This document shows positions 21,681-30,671 of a DNA stretch of 61,940 bases, piece by piece. The notes under the pieces were generated by a model. That model worked only from the letters and a program-made list of their open reading frames with translations, was not told the origin of the DNA and searched no databases. The position numbers were made by a program, and so were the translations under genes. This stretch comes from Elusimicrobiota bacterium. Its GTDB lineage: Bacteria; Elusimicrobiota; Elusimicrobia; UBA1565; UBA9628. Each line of letters begins with the position of its first letter. The stretch's first letter is position 1. Location of the stretch: positions 1 through 61,940 of the forward strand of contig DAHVWT010000001.1 in NCBI GenBank assembly GCA_027327915.1, given 5' to 3'.

Positions 21681-22807
21681 TAAATCCTCATGGGCATGAT
21701 GATAAAGCGGTAATCCGCGCCTCCCGCGGGCTCGATAAGAGCGGGATTCATCGAACTCGTGAGAGTGAAGGACGTCTCCGGCGCGTCCACTCGCTTCAAG
21801 GCGTCGATCATGAACTGGGGATTGAAGGCGACGACCATCTCCTCGCCCTGGTAGAGCGCCTTGATCTCGTCCTCAAACTCGATATAGGGGCTCGACGCCG
21901 AGACCTGGAGGCTCCCCGCCTTGAGAACGAATTTCACAGAGCCTCCTCTCTCCGCCGCGCACAGGGCGGCGCGCCTGGTCACCGCCAGGAAATCCGCCGT
22001 CTTCAGGACGGCCGACTGTTCCTTCTTGGCCTTGGACGGAATAAGCTGGTCGTAGCGCGGGTAGGGCCCCCCCACCAGCCGCGACAATAAAGTCGTTTCC
22101 CTGATCTGGAAGGCGATCTGGTTCTCCGAGACCGCGACCCAGGCGCTTTCCTTGGAGTCCGCGGGAAGGTCCCAAGATCCCAAAAGCCTCATCAACTCGT
22201 TTAAAATTTTAGTCGGAACGATGATCTGGAATTCCTTGTCCTTGGGGAGGACGTTTCGGCTCGACACGGCGAGGCGGCGGCCGTCGGTGGCCGCGAGCTC
22301 AAGACACCCCCCCTTCGCCGTCCAGCAGACCCCGTTTAAAGCGTGCCTCGTCTCGTCGCTGGCCGCGGAAAAGATCGTCCGGCCGATCATCTCGCCCACG
22401 GCGGCCGCCGAAATCGTGAAGGCCGCGTCGCGGCTGAACTCCGGCAGCAGAGGGTATTCGGACTTCGGCGCCCCCAAAATGTCGAATCGAGTGCGCCCGC
22501 ACTTCAGCTGGATCTTGCCGGCCGCGTCGGCGGCGATCTCGATATCCTGGTTTTCCGGAAGGCTATGAAGAATGTCGGCGAATTTCTTGGCCGGGATCGT
22601 GATGCTTCCCTCGGACTCGATTTCGACGGGGATATAGTGCTTGACGCCCATCTCAAGGTCCGTCGAGACCACCTTCAGTTTCGATTTCTCCGTTTCCATC
22701 ATAAAGTTGAGCAGGATCGGAAGCGTCGTGCGGGCGGACAACCCCGACTGCACGGTTTGAACTCCATCCACAAGCTCCGATTTCTGACAATGAATTTTCA
22801 TGATCAT
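21680..22807 (-). CDS. dnaN: DNA polymerase III subunit beta (sliding clamp)
   Basis: 375 aa with three-domain clamp architecture. MKIHCQKSEL... LPILLNFM...; C-terminal IMPMRI. Confidence 0.95.
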
Positions 22808-22834
22808 CCTAGTCTCTATTCATGCTGGGGATTG

Positions 22835-22946
22835 TGTGGAGAAGCCCGAAACATGGAGGAAAAACCCATGGGGACAAAAGGAGGAGAACATGCGCCGAAT
22901 TATCCACGCCGTCCACGGGGAAGGTTGAAAACGCCGTTCATCCACA
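22835..22946. promoter_or_regulatory. DnaA-box cluster in the dnaA-dnaN intergenic region
   Basis: TGTGGAGAA (22835..22843, reverse complement TTCTCCACA), TTATCCACG (22900..22908) and TCATCCACA (22938..22946). Each has 1 mismatch to TTATCCACA. Confidence 0.5.
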
Positions 22947-22951
22947 GTTTG

Positions 22952-24301
22952 TCAACCGGTTTCCACGGCCGTTCGGATGTCGGACTGGAGCCTGTTGACC
23001 AGCTCCAAGAAAAAGGGATCCGAGAGTTTTTCCTTGATTTTATCGCGGGCGTGGAGGACCGTCGAATGGTCGCGGCCGCCGAAGAATTCCCCGATCTCCT
23101 TCAGGGACAGTTCCGTCATTTCGCAGGCCAAATACATCGCGAGTTGTCGCGGCATCGAAACCGAGGAAGTGCGCTTCTGTCCCTTGAGATCCTTGGCATC
23201 GATCGAATACTTCTGGGCGACCATGCGCTGGATGGTGTCGACGCGCACGGGGCCCAAGTCCTCCGGGGACACGCTGTCCTTGAGAATTTCCTTGGCTTCG
23301 TCGACGGTCAGGGCGCTGCCGGTCATGGAAGTGAAGGCCTTGAGGCGAATGAGCGCGCCTTCGAGGGTGCGGATGCTGTTTTTGATCGATGAGGCGACAT
23401 AGACGAGCACATCGTCCGGAACGTAGAAGCGTTCGACGTCCGCTTTCTTCCTGAGGATGGCGATGCGGGTCTCCAGATCCGGGCTCTTGATATCCGCCAC
23501 GACCCCCCACTCGAGCCGCGAAAGAAGCCTTTTCTCGATCTGGGACATGTCTTGAGGGGAACGGTCGGAGGCGATGACGACTTGGCGACGCGCTCCATGG
23601 AGGGCGTTGAAGGTGTGAAAAAACTCCTCCTCGCTTTTTTCCTTGGAGATGAGGAACTGGATGTCGTCGATGAGGAGGCAATCGAGGCTCCGGTATTTGG
23701 AGCGGAAGGCGTCGGTCGTGCCGAGCCGGATGGCGTTGATGTAGTCGTTGACGAACTGTTCCGCCGTCGTGTAGAGAAGCCCCGCGCGCGGAGAAGAGCG
23801 CCGGATGTGGTTGCCGATCGCGTGGAGGAGATGGGTCTTTCCGAGACCGACGCCGCCGTAGAGGAAGAAGGGGTTGTACTGGGTTCCCGGCTTTTTCGCG
23901 ATGGCCTCGGCCGTCGCGTGAGCGAGACGATTGGAGTCGCCGACCACGAAAGACTCGAAGGTGTAGCGCGGGTTGAACTCGGTCGAGGCGAAATCCGATT
24001 GCGGAGTCGGCGTGGGAATGGGGTCGGCCGCCGTCGGCAACGAGGCCAGGCTTTGGGATATCTGATAGTCGATGAGGATGGGCTCGCCGGCCAGATCTTT
24101 AAGGATCGCCTCAAGACGTTTTTGATAGCCGTCGCGGATGCCGTTGAGGAAAAATTTATTCGGGACCTTCAGAGTCAAAATGTGGTTTTCGAGCTTGAAG
24201 GCCTCGACCGGATGGAGCCATAAATCGACGGACTCGGCGCCTATCTCCCGCTGAAGCTTTTCAAGGGCTCCGCCCCAGAGTTCGGCGTGGGGGTTATTCA
24301 C
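22952..24301 (-). CDS. dnaA: Chromosomal replication initiator protein DnaA
   Basis: FESFVVGDSNRLAHA, GGVGLGKTHLLHAIG, LLIDDIQF, and the domain IV signature (RDHSTVLHARDKI). Confidence 0.97.
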   Translation of the reverse strand: MNNPHAELWGGALEKLQREIGAESVDLWLHPVEAFKLENHILTLKVPNKFFLNGIRDGYQKRLEAILKDLAGEPILIDYQISQSLASLPTAADPIPTPTPQSDFASTEFNPRYTFESFVVGDSNRLAHATAEAIAKKPGTQYNPFFLYGGVGLGKTHLLHAIGNHIRRSSPRAGLLYTTAEQFVNDYINAIRLGTTDAFRSKYRSLDCLLIDDIQFLISKEKSEEEFFHTFNALHGARRQVVIASDRSPQDMSQIEKRLLSRLEWGVVADIKSPDLETRIAILRKKADVERFYVPDDVLVYVASSIKNSIRTLEGALIRLKAFTSMTGSALTVDEAKEILKDSVSPEDLGPVRVDTIQRMVAQKYSIDAKDLKGQKRTSSVSMPRQLAMYLACEMTELSLKEIGEFFGGRDHSTVLHARDKIKEKLSDPFFLELVNRLQSDIRTAVETG

Positions 24302-24368
24302 AGCTTATCAACAGGTGTGGACAGCGGCTCAAAATACAAATAATCAAGAAAATTAAAAGAAATATTTG
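24294..24368. promoter_or_regulatory. Candidate oriC segment: three DnaA-box-like 9-mers followed by a 38-nt AT-rich unwinding-element-like tract
   Basis: TTATTCACA (24294..24302, overlapping the dnaA start), TTATCAACA (24305..24313), TGTGGACAG (24317..24325), then aaaatacaaataatcaagaaaattaaaagaaatatttg (24331..24368). This AT-rich tract stands out in an otherwise GC-rich genome. Confidence 0.45.
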
Positions 24369-24439
24369 GATGCTTCCATCGCCCACAAAGCACCTTGCAA
24401 CTCGAAGAGAATCCCTCTTGGAACCAGAACGATTCTAGC

Positions 24440-25375
24440 TTATTTCTCATCCATCGTCAAACCGTCGCCGCTGTAATATCGGGTTTGGCGCAGGCAATGG
24501 ATTCTCGCCGATGACGAGAGCATCGCGTCGCCGCAAACCTCCCCGGAAAGACGTACGCGGACGAGCACGCCGCGGCTGACCGCCTCGACCGCCTCGACGG
24601 CGGCTTCGATGGGAGAGGGGACGCCGTCGCGGACAGCGCCCAGGAGCCTCGCGAGGTACTGGGCGACGTCGCGATGGTCCGTGATGGAGATCCAAACGAT
24701 GTCGCCCGATCTCAGTTCTCGCGCCGGCACGCCCTGGGAACCCTCCGTCATGCGGACGTCAAGAACGAGGAGTTCCGACTCCCGCGCCGCGGCGGAGGAA
24801 GAGCGACGCCGGGCGGCCGGGGTTTTGGAGGTCTTGAGTTCCCGATAATGGCTGAGGCTGATGAGCTTGCGCGTGAGAAGGACGGAAGCGTCAGGGGCGG
24901 CGAGGAGGGAACGCAGGAGACCGGCCGCCTCTCTTGAAGCGGCCTCCAAGGACCCCTCCTCAAGCACTCTTTTCTGCCGGCGCGGCAGGACGCGCAGCCG
25001 CTCGAGCAAGCCGTGCTCGAGAGAGAGGCTTTCCTCGAGCAGGCTTCCCTCCCCCAGGCGCAGGCCGTAGAGCTGGCGCTCGAAATCGAACCAGTCTCGC
25101 GAGGGGTCCGCCGCGTGGACGGCGGGGTCGAGGGAAAGGAGCGCCCGGGTCCGCAGCGGAGACGCCGTCTTGACGTCGAGAACGGCAAGGAAAAGCCCGT
25201 AAACGCCCCGCGCCCGGTCCCGGAATTTTCCGGAGAGGACCAGGATGTTCTTGAGCATGCGCTCCAAGAGGCGCACGGCCCGCGGGACGTCGAAACCCGA
25301 GAGGCTGAGCGCGAGCTCGGCCTCTCTCGGCTCGCAGCCCGTCTCCTCGATGAGAAGCGCGATCTTATCGTTCAT
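24440..25375 (-). CDS. Hypothetical protein with an N-terminal UBA-like three-helix segment
   Basis: 311 aa from MNDKIALLIEETGCEPREAELALSLSGFDVPRAVRLLE. The start overlaps the xerC stop by 11 nt. The remainder has no recognisable motif. Confidence 0.6.
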   Translation of the reverse strand: MNDKIALLIEETGCEPREAELALSLSGFDVPRAVRLLERMLKNILVLSGKFRDRARGVYGLFLAVLDVKTASPLRTRALLSLDPAVHAADPSRDWFDFERQLYGLRLGEGSLLEESLSLEHGLLERLRVLPRRQKRVLEEGSLEAASREAAGLLRSLLAAPDASVLLTRKLISLSHYRELKTSKTPAARRRSSSAAARESELLVLDVRMTEGSQGVPARELRSGDIVWISITDHRDVAQYLARLLGAVRDGVPSPIEAAVEAVEAVSRGVLVRVRLSGEVCGDAMLSSSARIHCLRQTRYYSGDGLTMDEK

Positions 25376-26285
25376 CAGGCGGCGTCTTTGCGTCCCGCCG
25401 CGGCGAGCGATTCTTCGCCAGCGGGTGGGCCTCCCCATAGGCTTTTCGAAGCCTTTCGAGGGAGACGTGGGTATAGATCTGGGTCGTGTCGAGGTTCTTG
25501 TGCCCCAGCATCTCCTGGACCGAGCGCAGGTCGCAGCCGTTGTCGATGAGGTGGGTCGCGAAGCTGTGGCGCAGGGCGTGGGGGGAGACCGGCTTGGCGA
25601 TAGGCGAGGCCAGCGCCCGGCGCTTGATCAGCCATGCCGCGGTCTCGGCCGAGATTCGAAGCCCTCGCGAGCTGAGAAAGAGCGGTTGGGCGGCGTCGAG
25701 ATGAGGTCTCGTGTCCAGGTAGTCCCGCAAACGCCCCAGGGCCCTTTTCCCGACGGGGACGACGCGCTCGCGCCGGCCCTTCCCCCAGACGCGCAGGACG
25801 CCGGAGATCCAGTCCACGTCTCCCACGTTGAGGGCGCAGAGTTCCGCGCGGCGCAAACCGCTCGAATAGAGAATCTCCGCGATGGCGTTGTTGCGCGCCA
25901 CGAGCTCCTTGGAGCGCTCCGGCGCCGATCCCAGGAAATCGTTCGTTTCCTTGGCCGTGAGGAAACGCGGCAGGCGTCTTTCCTTTTTGGGGAGAGGAAG
26001 TCCCACGAAGGGATCCTCCCGCAGGGCGCCTTCCTGGCGCAGGAAACGCAGAAAGGAGCGAAGGGCCGAGACACGCCTGAGGATGGTGTTGGGGCTCGAT
26101 CCCTTCGCCGCGCCCAGACGAGCCAAATAGCTCCTCAGCAGAGGACGCCGGATGGCGTCCGGGCCGGACGGGTTTTCCGTGCGGAGGAAGTCCCGCAGAT
26201 CCTTTTCGTAGGCGCGCAGGGTATGCTCCGAGCAGCGCCGAGACCATTTCATGTGCCGCAGGAAGCGGTCGAGCCAGGAATTCAC
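25365..26285 (-). CDS. xerC: Tyrosine recombinase XerC/XerD family
   Basis: R...H-x-x-R...Y catalytic set (GLRRAEL, HALRHSFATHL, LGHKNLDTTQIYTHV). GTG at 26285 overlaps the topA stop. The track ORF extended to 26750 runs into topA and is not used. Confidence 0.9.
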   Translation of the reverse strand: MNSWLDRFLRHMKWSRRCSEHTLRAYEKDLRDFLRTENPSGPDAIRRPLLRSYLARLGAAKGSSPNTILRRVSALRSFLRFLRQEGALREDPFVGLPLPKKERRLPRFLTAKETNDFLGSAPERSKELVARNNAIAEILYSSGLRRAELCALNVGDVDWISGVLRVWGKGRRERVVPVGKRALGRLRDYLDTRPHLDAAQPLFLSSRGLRISAETAAWLIKRRALASPIAKPVSPHALRHSFATHLIDNGCDLRSVQEMLGHKNLDTTQIYTHVSLERLRKAYGEAHPLAKNRSPRRDAKTPPDER

Positions 26286-28645
26286 GAGACCGGCGTGGTC
26301 TTGTGGCGGTTCGCTTCGAACTCGGCTTTCAGGGCTTCGCCCTCCTCCCGGCCGAGGCGCTTGAGGTTGCGGCACTTGGGATAGCCCGAGCAGGCGATGA
26401 AATAGCCGCGCTTGCCCAGGCGCAGCAAGAAGGGACTCTGGCATTTTTCGCAGCGCCGGCTGGTCGGGATGGGGCGCGAGGAATCGATCTTCTTGCCCTC
26501 GGCGTCCAAGGTGTAGGAATTCTTGCAGGCGGGATAGCCCGAGCAGGCGATGAAGCGTCCGCGCCGGCCGGTGCGGTAGACGAGGGGCTTGCCGCAGAGA
26601 TCGCAGATGTCCCCGGTCTCCTCGGCCACGATCTTCTTGCCTTGGGCGTCGAGGGAGATTTTCCCCTTGCATTTGGGGAAATCGGAGCAGCCCAAGTATT
26701 TGCCGAAGCGGCTTTGCCGCAGGAGCATGGGCTTGCCGCAGATGGGACATTTCTCGTCGGTGGGCGCGGGCTTGACGCGCTCGTCGCGCATGACGCGCGC
26801 CGCCTCGGCAAGAGCTCGGGAAAAGGGATCATAAAAATCCCTCACGACCCGCGTCCAGGGCTCCTTCCCCTCGGCGATCGAGTCGAGCCGATCCTCCATC
26901 TTGGCGGTGTAGGCGAGGCTCGTGACGTCGGGGAAATGCTCCTTGAGCTTGTCGATGACGAGCCCCCCCAGATCCGTCGGAAGGATGCGCCGGTCCTTGG
27001 GCTGGCGTTCGGCGTAATGGCGTTCGAACAAGGTCGAGATCGTCGGGGCGTAGGTCGACGGACGGCCGATGCCGTGCTTCTCCATCGTCTTGATGAGGCT
27101 TGCCTCGTTGTAATGGGGAGGGGGGCTCGTCGAGATCTCCTGGGCCTTAAGCTCGTTGAGATGAAGCCGTTCGCCGTCGGCCAGCGGCGGGATCGGCGCC
27201 TCGGCGGCGGAGGCCGGCTCGGCGTCGAGATCGGCGTCCCCCTCCTGGGAGGCCTCGGCGGCCTTGAGGAAGCCGTCGAATTTGAGGGTCCTTCCCGAGG
27301 CGCGGAAAACGGCGTCGCCGCAGGAGATTTCAACAGACAGGGAATCGTAGACCGCCGGAGTCATTTGGCTCGCGGCGAAGCGGTTCCAAATAAGCCCGTA
27401 GAGCCGCGCTTGGTCGGGCGTCAGATGCCGCTTGACCTGGCCGGGCTCGCGCAGGATGCTGGTCGGTCGTATGGCCTCGTGGGCCTCCTGGGCTAGGGAG
27501 GATTTCTGCTGATAGACGGGCGGCTTGTGGGGGACGTAGTCGGGCCCGAAGCGCCGCGCGATATACTGGGCCGCCTCCTGCGCCGCGCTCGCGGCGACGG
27601 AGAAGGAATCCGTGCGCATGTAGGTGATGAGGCCGACCGCCCCTTCCTCGCCCAGATCGACGCCCTCGTAGAGCGACTGCGCGACCATCATCGTCCTCTT
27701 GGCGGTGAAACCCAGATTGTGCGAGGCGGCCTGCTGGAGCCCGCTCGTCGCGAAGGGAGGCGACGGGAAACGGCGCGTCTCCTTGCGCTCGGTCGCCGCG
27801 ACCCGGATGTCCTTGCCCGCGATCTCCTTCTTGAGCTCCGAGACGCTCTCGGCGGTCCTCAGGATGGTGATCCGGACGCGGTAGGGCTCCGCGAAAAGCT
27901 CGAAGGTCTTCGACGACTCCACCTTCTCCCCTTTCCAGCGAACGAGCTCGGCCTCGAAGGGGGGATGTCCCGTCTTTTCAAGGATGGCCTTGACGGCCCA
28001 GTAGTTGTCTGGTTTGAAATCCTTGATCTCTCTTTCGCGCTCGACGAGGAGAGCGAGCGCCGCCGACTGGACGCGCCCCGCGGAGAGGCCGCGGCTGATC
28101 TTCTTCCATAGGAGCGGGGACAGCTTGTAGCCGACCAGGCGGTCGAGAACGCGACGGGCCTGCTGGGCTTGAACGAGCCTCTCGTCGATGGAACGCGGGT
28201 GCTGGAGGGCTTCGGCGATGGCCTGGGGCGTGATCTCGTGGAAGGTGATGCGGGCGGCTTTTTCCGGCGGGATGTCCAGGGCCTCGACAAGATGCCAGGC
28301 GATGGATTCCCCTTCCCGGTCTTGGTCGGTCGCGAGGTAGACGCGCGAGGACTTGCCGACCCAAGTCTCGATCTCGGCGAGAATCTTCTTCGCCTTCGGC
28401 AGGATCACATAGTCGGGCGCGAAGTCATTTTTTTCATCGACTCCCAGGCGCCTCTCCGGGAGGTCCCGGATGTGGCCGTAGGAGCTGCGCACGACGTAGC
28501 CCTTGGAGCCGAGGTAGCGGGCGATGGTCTTTTCCTTGGCGGGAGACTCGACGATGAGAAGCGCCTTGGCGGAGTCCTGGGAGGGCTTCTTGGCCGCGGC
28601 CTCCCTCGGCTTGGGCGCCGGTTTCGTTTTAGGTTTTGCGGGCAT
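26282..28645 (-). CDS. topA: DNA topoisomerase I
   Basis: Toprim LIVESPAKEKTI, ATDQDREGE, active-site region ITYMRTDS, and three C-terminal C4 zinc-ribbon repeats. Confidence 0.97.
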   Translation of the reverse strand: MPAKPKTKPAPKPREAAAKKPSQDSAKALLIVESPAKEKTIARYLGSKGYVVRSSYGHIRDLPERRLGVDEKNDFAPDYVILPKAKKILAEIETWVGKSSRVYLATDQDREGESIAWHLVEALDIPPEKAARITFHEITPQAIAEALQHPRSIDERLVQAQQARRVLDRLVGYKLSPLLWKKISRGLSAGRVQSAALALLVEREREIKDFKPDNYWAVKAILEKTGHPPFEAELVRWKGEKVESSKTFELFAEPYRVRITILRTAESVSELKKEIAGKDIRVAATERKETRRFPSPPFATSGLQQAASHNLGFTAKRTMMVAQSLYEGVDLGEEGAVGLITYMRTDSFSVAASAAQEAAQYIARRFGPDYVPHKPPVYQQKSSLAQEAHEAIRPTSILREPGQVKRHLTPDQARLYGLIWNRFAASQMTPAVYDSLSVEISCGDAVFRASGRTLKFDGFLKAAEASQEGDADLDAEPASAAEAPIPPLADGERLHLNELKAQEISTSPPPHYNEASLIKTMEKHGIGRPSTYAPTISTLFERHYAERQPKDRRILPTDLGGLVIDKLKEHFPDVTSLAYTAKMEDRLDSIAEGKEPWTRVVRDFYDPFSRALAEAARVMRDERVKPAPTDEKCPICGKPMLLRQSRFGKYLGCSDFPKCKGKISLDAQGKKIVAEETGDICDLCGKPLVYRTGRRGRFIACSGYPACKNSYTLDAEGKKIDSSRPIPTSRRCEKCQSPFLLRLGKRGYFIACSGYPKCRNLKRLGREEGEALKAEFEANRHKTTPVS

Positions 28646-29528
28646 AGCGTCGTCCGGGAAGGGCGATGATGAGATCGGAGAGTTCCATGTCGACTAGATG
28701 TTGAATCAAGGGCTGCGCGTCGGAGTCCACGGCCTCTCGAAGCTCGTCGAGCGTCAGGGTCTCGGAGCCCAGGGATTCTAGAATTTTGGACCAACCTTGG
28801 GAAACCCGCCGAGCGGCGGGAAGCGCCGTCGGCGCCGCCGCGGCCGGGCGCGAGCGCGCCGCGAGCTTGTCCTCGAGCCCCGGGATTTTCCAAAGGACCT
28901 CCTCGGCGCTCGTCAAAAGGGAGGCGCCGTTTTCGAGGAGCCAGTGGGGGGCTTGGCTCAAGGGCGACGAGGCGGGGCCCGGCACGGCGAAGACTTCGCG
29001 TCCCTGCTCGGCGGCGAGCTTCGCGGTGATGAGAGAGCCCGACTTGAGACGGCCTTCGACCACCACGCAGCCCATGCTCAGGCCGGAGATGATCCGGTTG
29101 CGGCGAGGGAAGTGGGCCGCCAGCGGCGCGGCGTCCGGGGGCAGTTCGCTGATCAGGCAGCCGCCCGAGGCGACGATCCGTTCGGCGAGATCCCGGTGCT
29201 CCGGAGGATAGACCTGCCCCAGGCCGCATCCCAGAACCGCCCACGTGGCGCCTCCCGCGTCGAGCGCCGCTTGATGGGCCATGCCGTCGATGCCGCGCGC
29301 CAGGCCGCTGACGACGGCGATCCCCTTCGCGGCCATGCCGCGCGCGAGCGCCGCGGCGGTGCGAATCCCGTAGGGGCTCGGGCGCCTCGAACCGACGATC
29401 GCGACGGCGGGGATCTCTGGATCGAGCCGCCCCCGGATGTAAAGGGCGCCGGGGGCGTCGGGGATTTCCTCGAGGAGGCGAGGGAATCCCGGCTCCCCTC
29501 GCCGCAGGACGCAAAGGCCATCGGTCAT
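28629..29528 (-). CDS. dprA: DNA-processing protein DprA (Rossmann-like core plus C-terminal wHTH, no N-terminal SAM domain)
   Basis: VAIVGSRRPSPYG, VVSGLARGID..AH, FP.RNRIISGLS, GSLITA..A.EQGREVFAVPG. Start MTDGLCV at 29528 overlaps the upstream stop (ATGA). Confidence 0.85.
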   Translation of the reverse strand: MTDGLCVLRRGEPGFPRLLEEIPDAPGALYIRGRLDPEIPAVAIVGSRRPSPYGIRTAAALARGMAAKGIAVVSGLARGIDGMAHQAALDAGGATWAVLGCGLGQVYPPEHRDLAERIVASGGCLISELPPDAAPLAAHFPRRNRIISGLSMGCVVVEGRLKSGSLITAKLAAEQGREVFAVPGPASSPLSQAPHWLLENGASLLTSAEEVLWKIPGLEDKLAARSRPAAAAPTALPAARRVSQGWSKILESLGSETLTLDELREAVDSDAQPLIQHLVDMELSDLIIALPGRRYARKT

Positions 29529-30004
29529 AAAAGTTCCTCGGAGAGGGAGCTTCCAGCCCGAAATCGTTGCGGTGCCGGGAGACCGGGAGCTTTGAGTCCC
29601 GAGGCCGCCGCGCGAGCCGGGGGCCTGGCTCGGGCCTCCTGGAGCCGCGGGGGCGGCGACTGGGTCGGCTGATTTCCCGCGACGACGCTCGCGACGCGGC
29701 TGAAGACGAGCTTGTCGCGGCTCATGCTCTCCCATTCCGAGGGGATGCGTCCGGCGCAGACGATGAGCCAGCGCGCGTCGAGGGAAAGGACCCGGGCGAG
29801 GCGGCGCAGGGCGTCCTCGTCGGAGGGAGGGTTTCTCTTGCCGCCCAGGACCTTCGAGAAAAACGACGGGTCCAGGCCGGAGAGCCGGCAGAGTTCCCTT
29901 AAGGAAATCCCCTGTCGGCGCATGCTATCGAGGATCTCGAAGGCGAAGGGATGGGCGGCGTAGGAGCTCCTTCGACCGGCGCCCAGCGGGCGTTCTTCCT
30001 TCAT
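29525..30004 (-). CDS. XRE-family helix-turn-helix protein
   Basis: MRRQGISLRELCRLSGLDPSFFSKVLGGKRNP is a Cro/C1-type HTH. The C-terminal half is low-complexity and Pro/Ala-rich. Confidence 0.65.
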   Translation of the reverse strand: MKEERPLGAGRRSSYAAHPFAFEILDSMRRQGISLRELCRLSGLDPSFFSKVLGGKRNPPSDEDALRRLARVLSLDARWLIVCAGRIPSEWESMSRDKLVFSRVASVVAGNQPTQSPPPRLQEARARPPARAAASGLKAPGLPAPQRFRAGSSLSEELL

Positions 30005-30651
30005 GGAGAGGGCTCCTTTTCCAGGAGGTCCCCATCCGTCGCGGCGTCCACGGCCTTAACAAGGGTCATCTCGTATCGTCGCGGGCCGACTTTTTTCTTG
30101 ACGACGGCGGTCGCGAACCACATGACGTGGCGCGAACCTGGAGCGTCGCCGGATTTCACGCTGTCCAGGCGCAAAAGCCGGAATCGTTGGCCCGCGGCCG
30201 GCCTGAGGCCTCGCCTCAGGATGGCAACGAAATCACCGCCCTTCTCGACCAGAGCCGGCGATTCCTCCGTCATGGGGGAGCCGACCTTGCCGTCCGGCTT
30301 CCAAGAACGGCCGACCCGCAGGCGCACCTCCGAGGGAGCATATCCCGGCTGCGACTTGGGAGCCGTCTCGGAAAGCCCCTCCCGAGGAGGGGGCGGGAGC
30401 TTGGGAGGCGCCGCCGTCGGGATGGAGAGGATATCGAGGGTTTGCCCGGGGTAGATCCAGTGCGGGTCGCGGATGACGGCATGGTTGGCGGCGTAGATGC
30501 GCTCCCACAGCCAGGGATCTCCGTAATAGCGCCGGGACAGATCCCAGAGGTCCTCTCCCCGTTCGACATGATGCTTGATCACTCCGGACGCCGACACGGC
30601 TGGCAGGAGAACGAAAGGGAGGAGATAAAACGCCTTTTTGAGAGTCATCAT
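30001..30651 (-). CDS. LysM peptidoglycan-binding domain protein, secreted
   Basis: Signal peptide followed by a LysM motif (HHVERGEDLWDLSRRYYGDPWLWERIYAANHAVIRDPHWIYPGQTLDI). Confidence 0.75.
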   Translation of the reverse strand: MMTLKKAFYLLPFVLLPAVSASGVIKHHVERGEDLWDLSRRYYGDPWLWERIYAANHAVIRDPHWIYPGQTLDILSIPTAAPPKLPPPPREGLSETAPKSQPGYAPSEVRLRVGRSWKPDGKVGSPMTEESPALVEKGGDFVAILRRGLRPAAGQRFRLLRLDSVKSGDAPGSRHVMWFATAVVKKKVGPRRYEMTLVKAVDAATDGDLLEKEPSP

Positions 30652-30671
30652 GGTCTGGGCCTACGGCATCG

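Noticed and set aside
25365-26750. 461-aa version of the recombinase ORF
   Set aside because: The upstream 150 codons overlap topA in another frame and read as Arg/Pro-rich noise. The recombinase N-terminal domain begins at GTG 26285, which forms a GTGA overlap with the topA stop.
25245-27496. Long plus-strand ORFs (25245..26384, 26303..27496)
   Set aside because: They are antisense to xerC and topA, both of which have unambiguous catalytic motifs. The antisense translations are low complexity.
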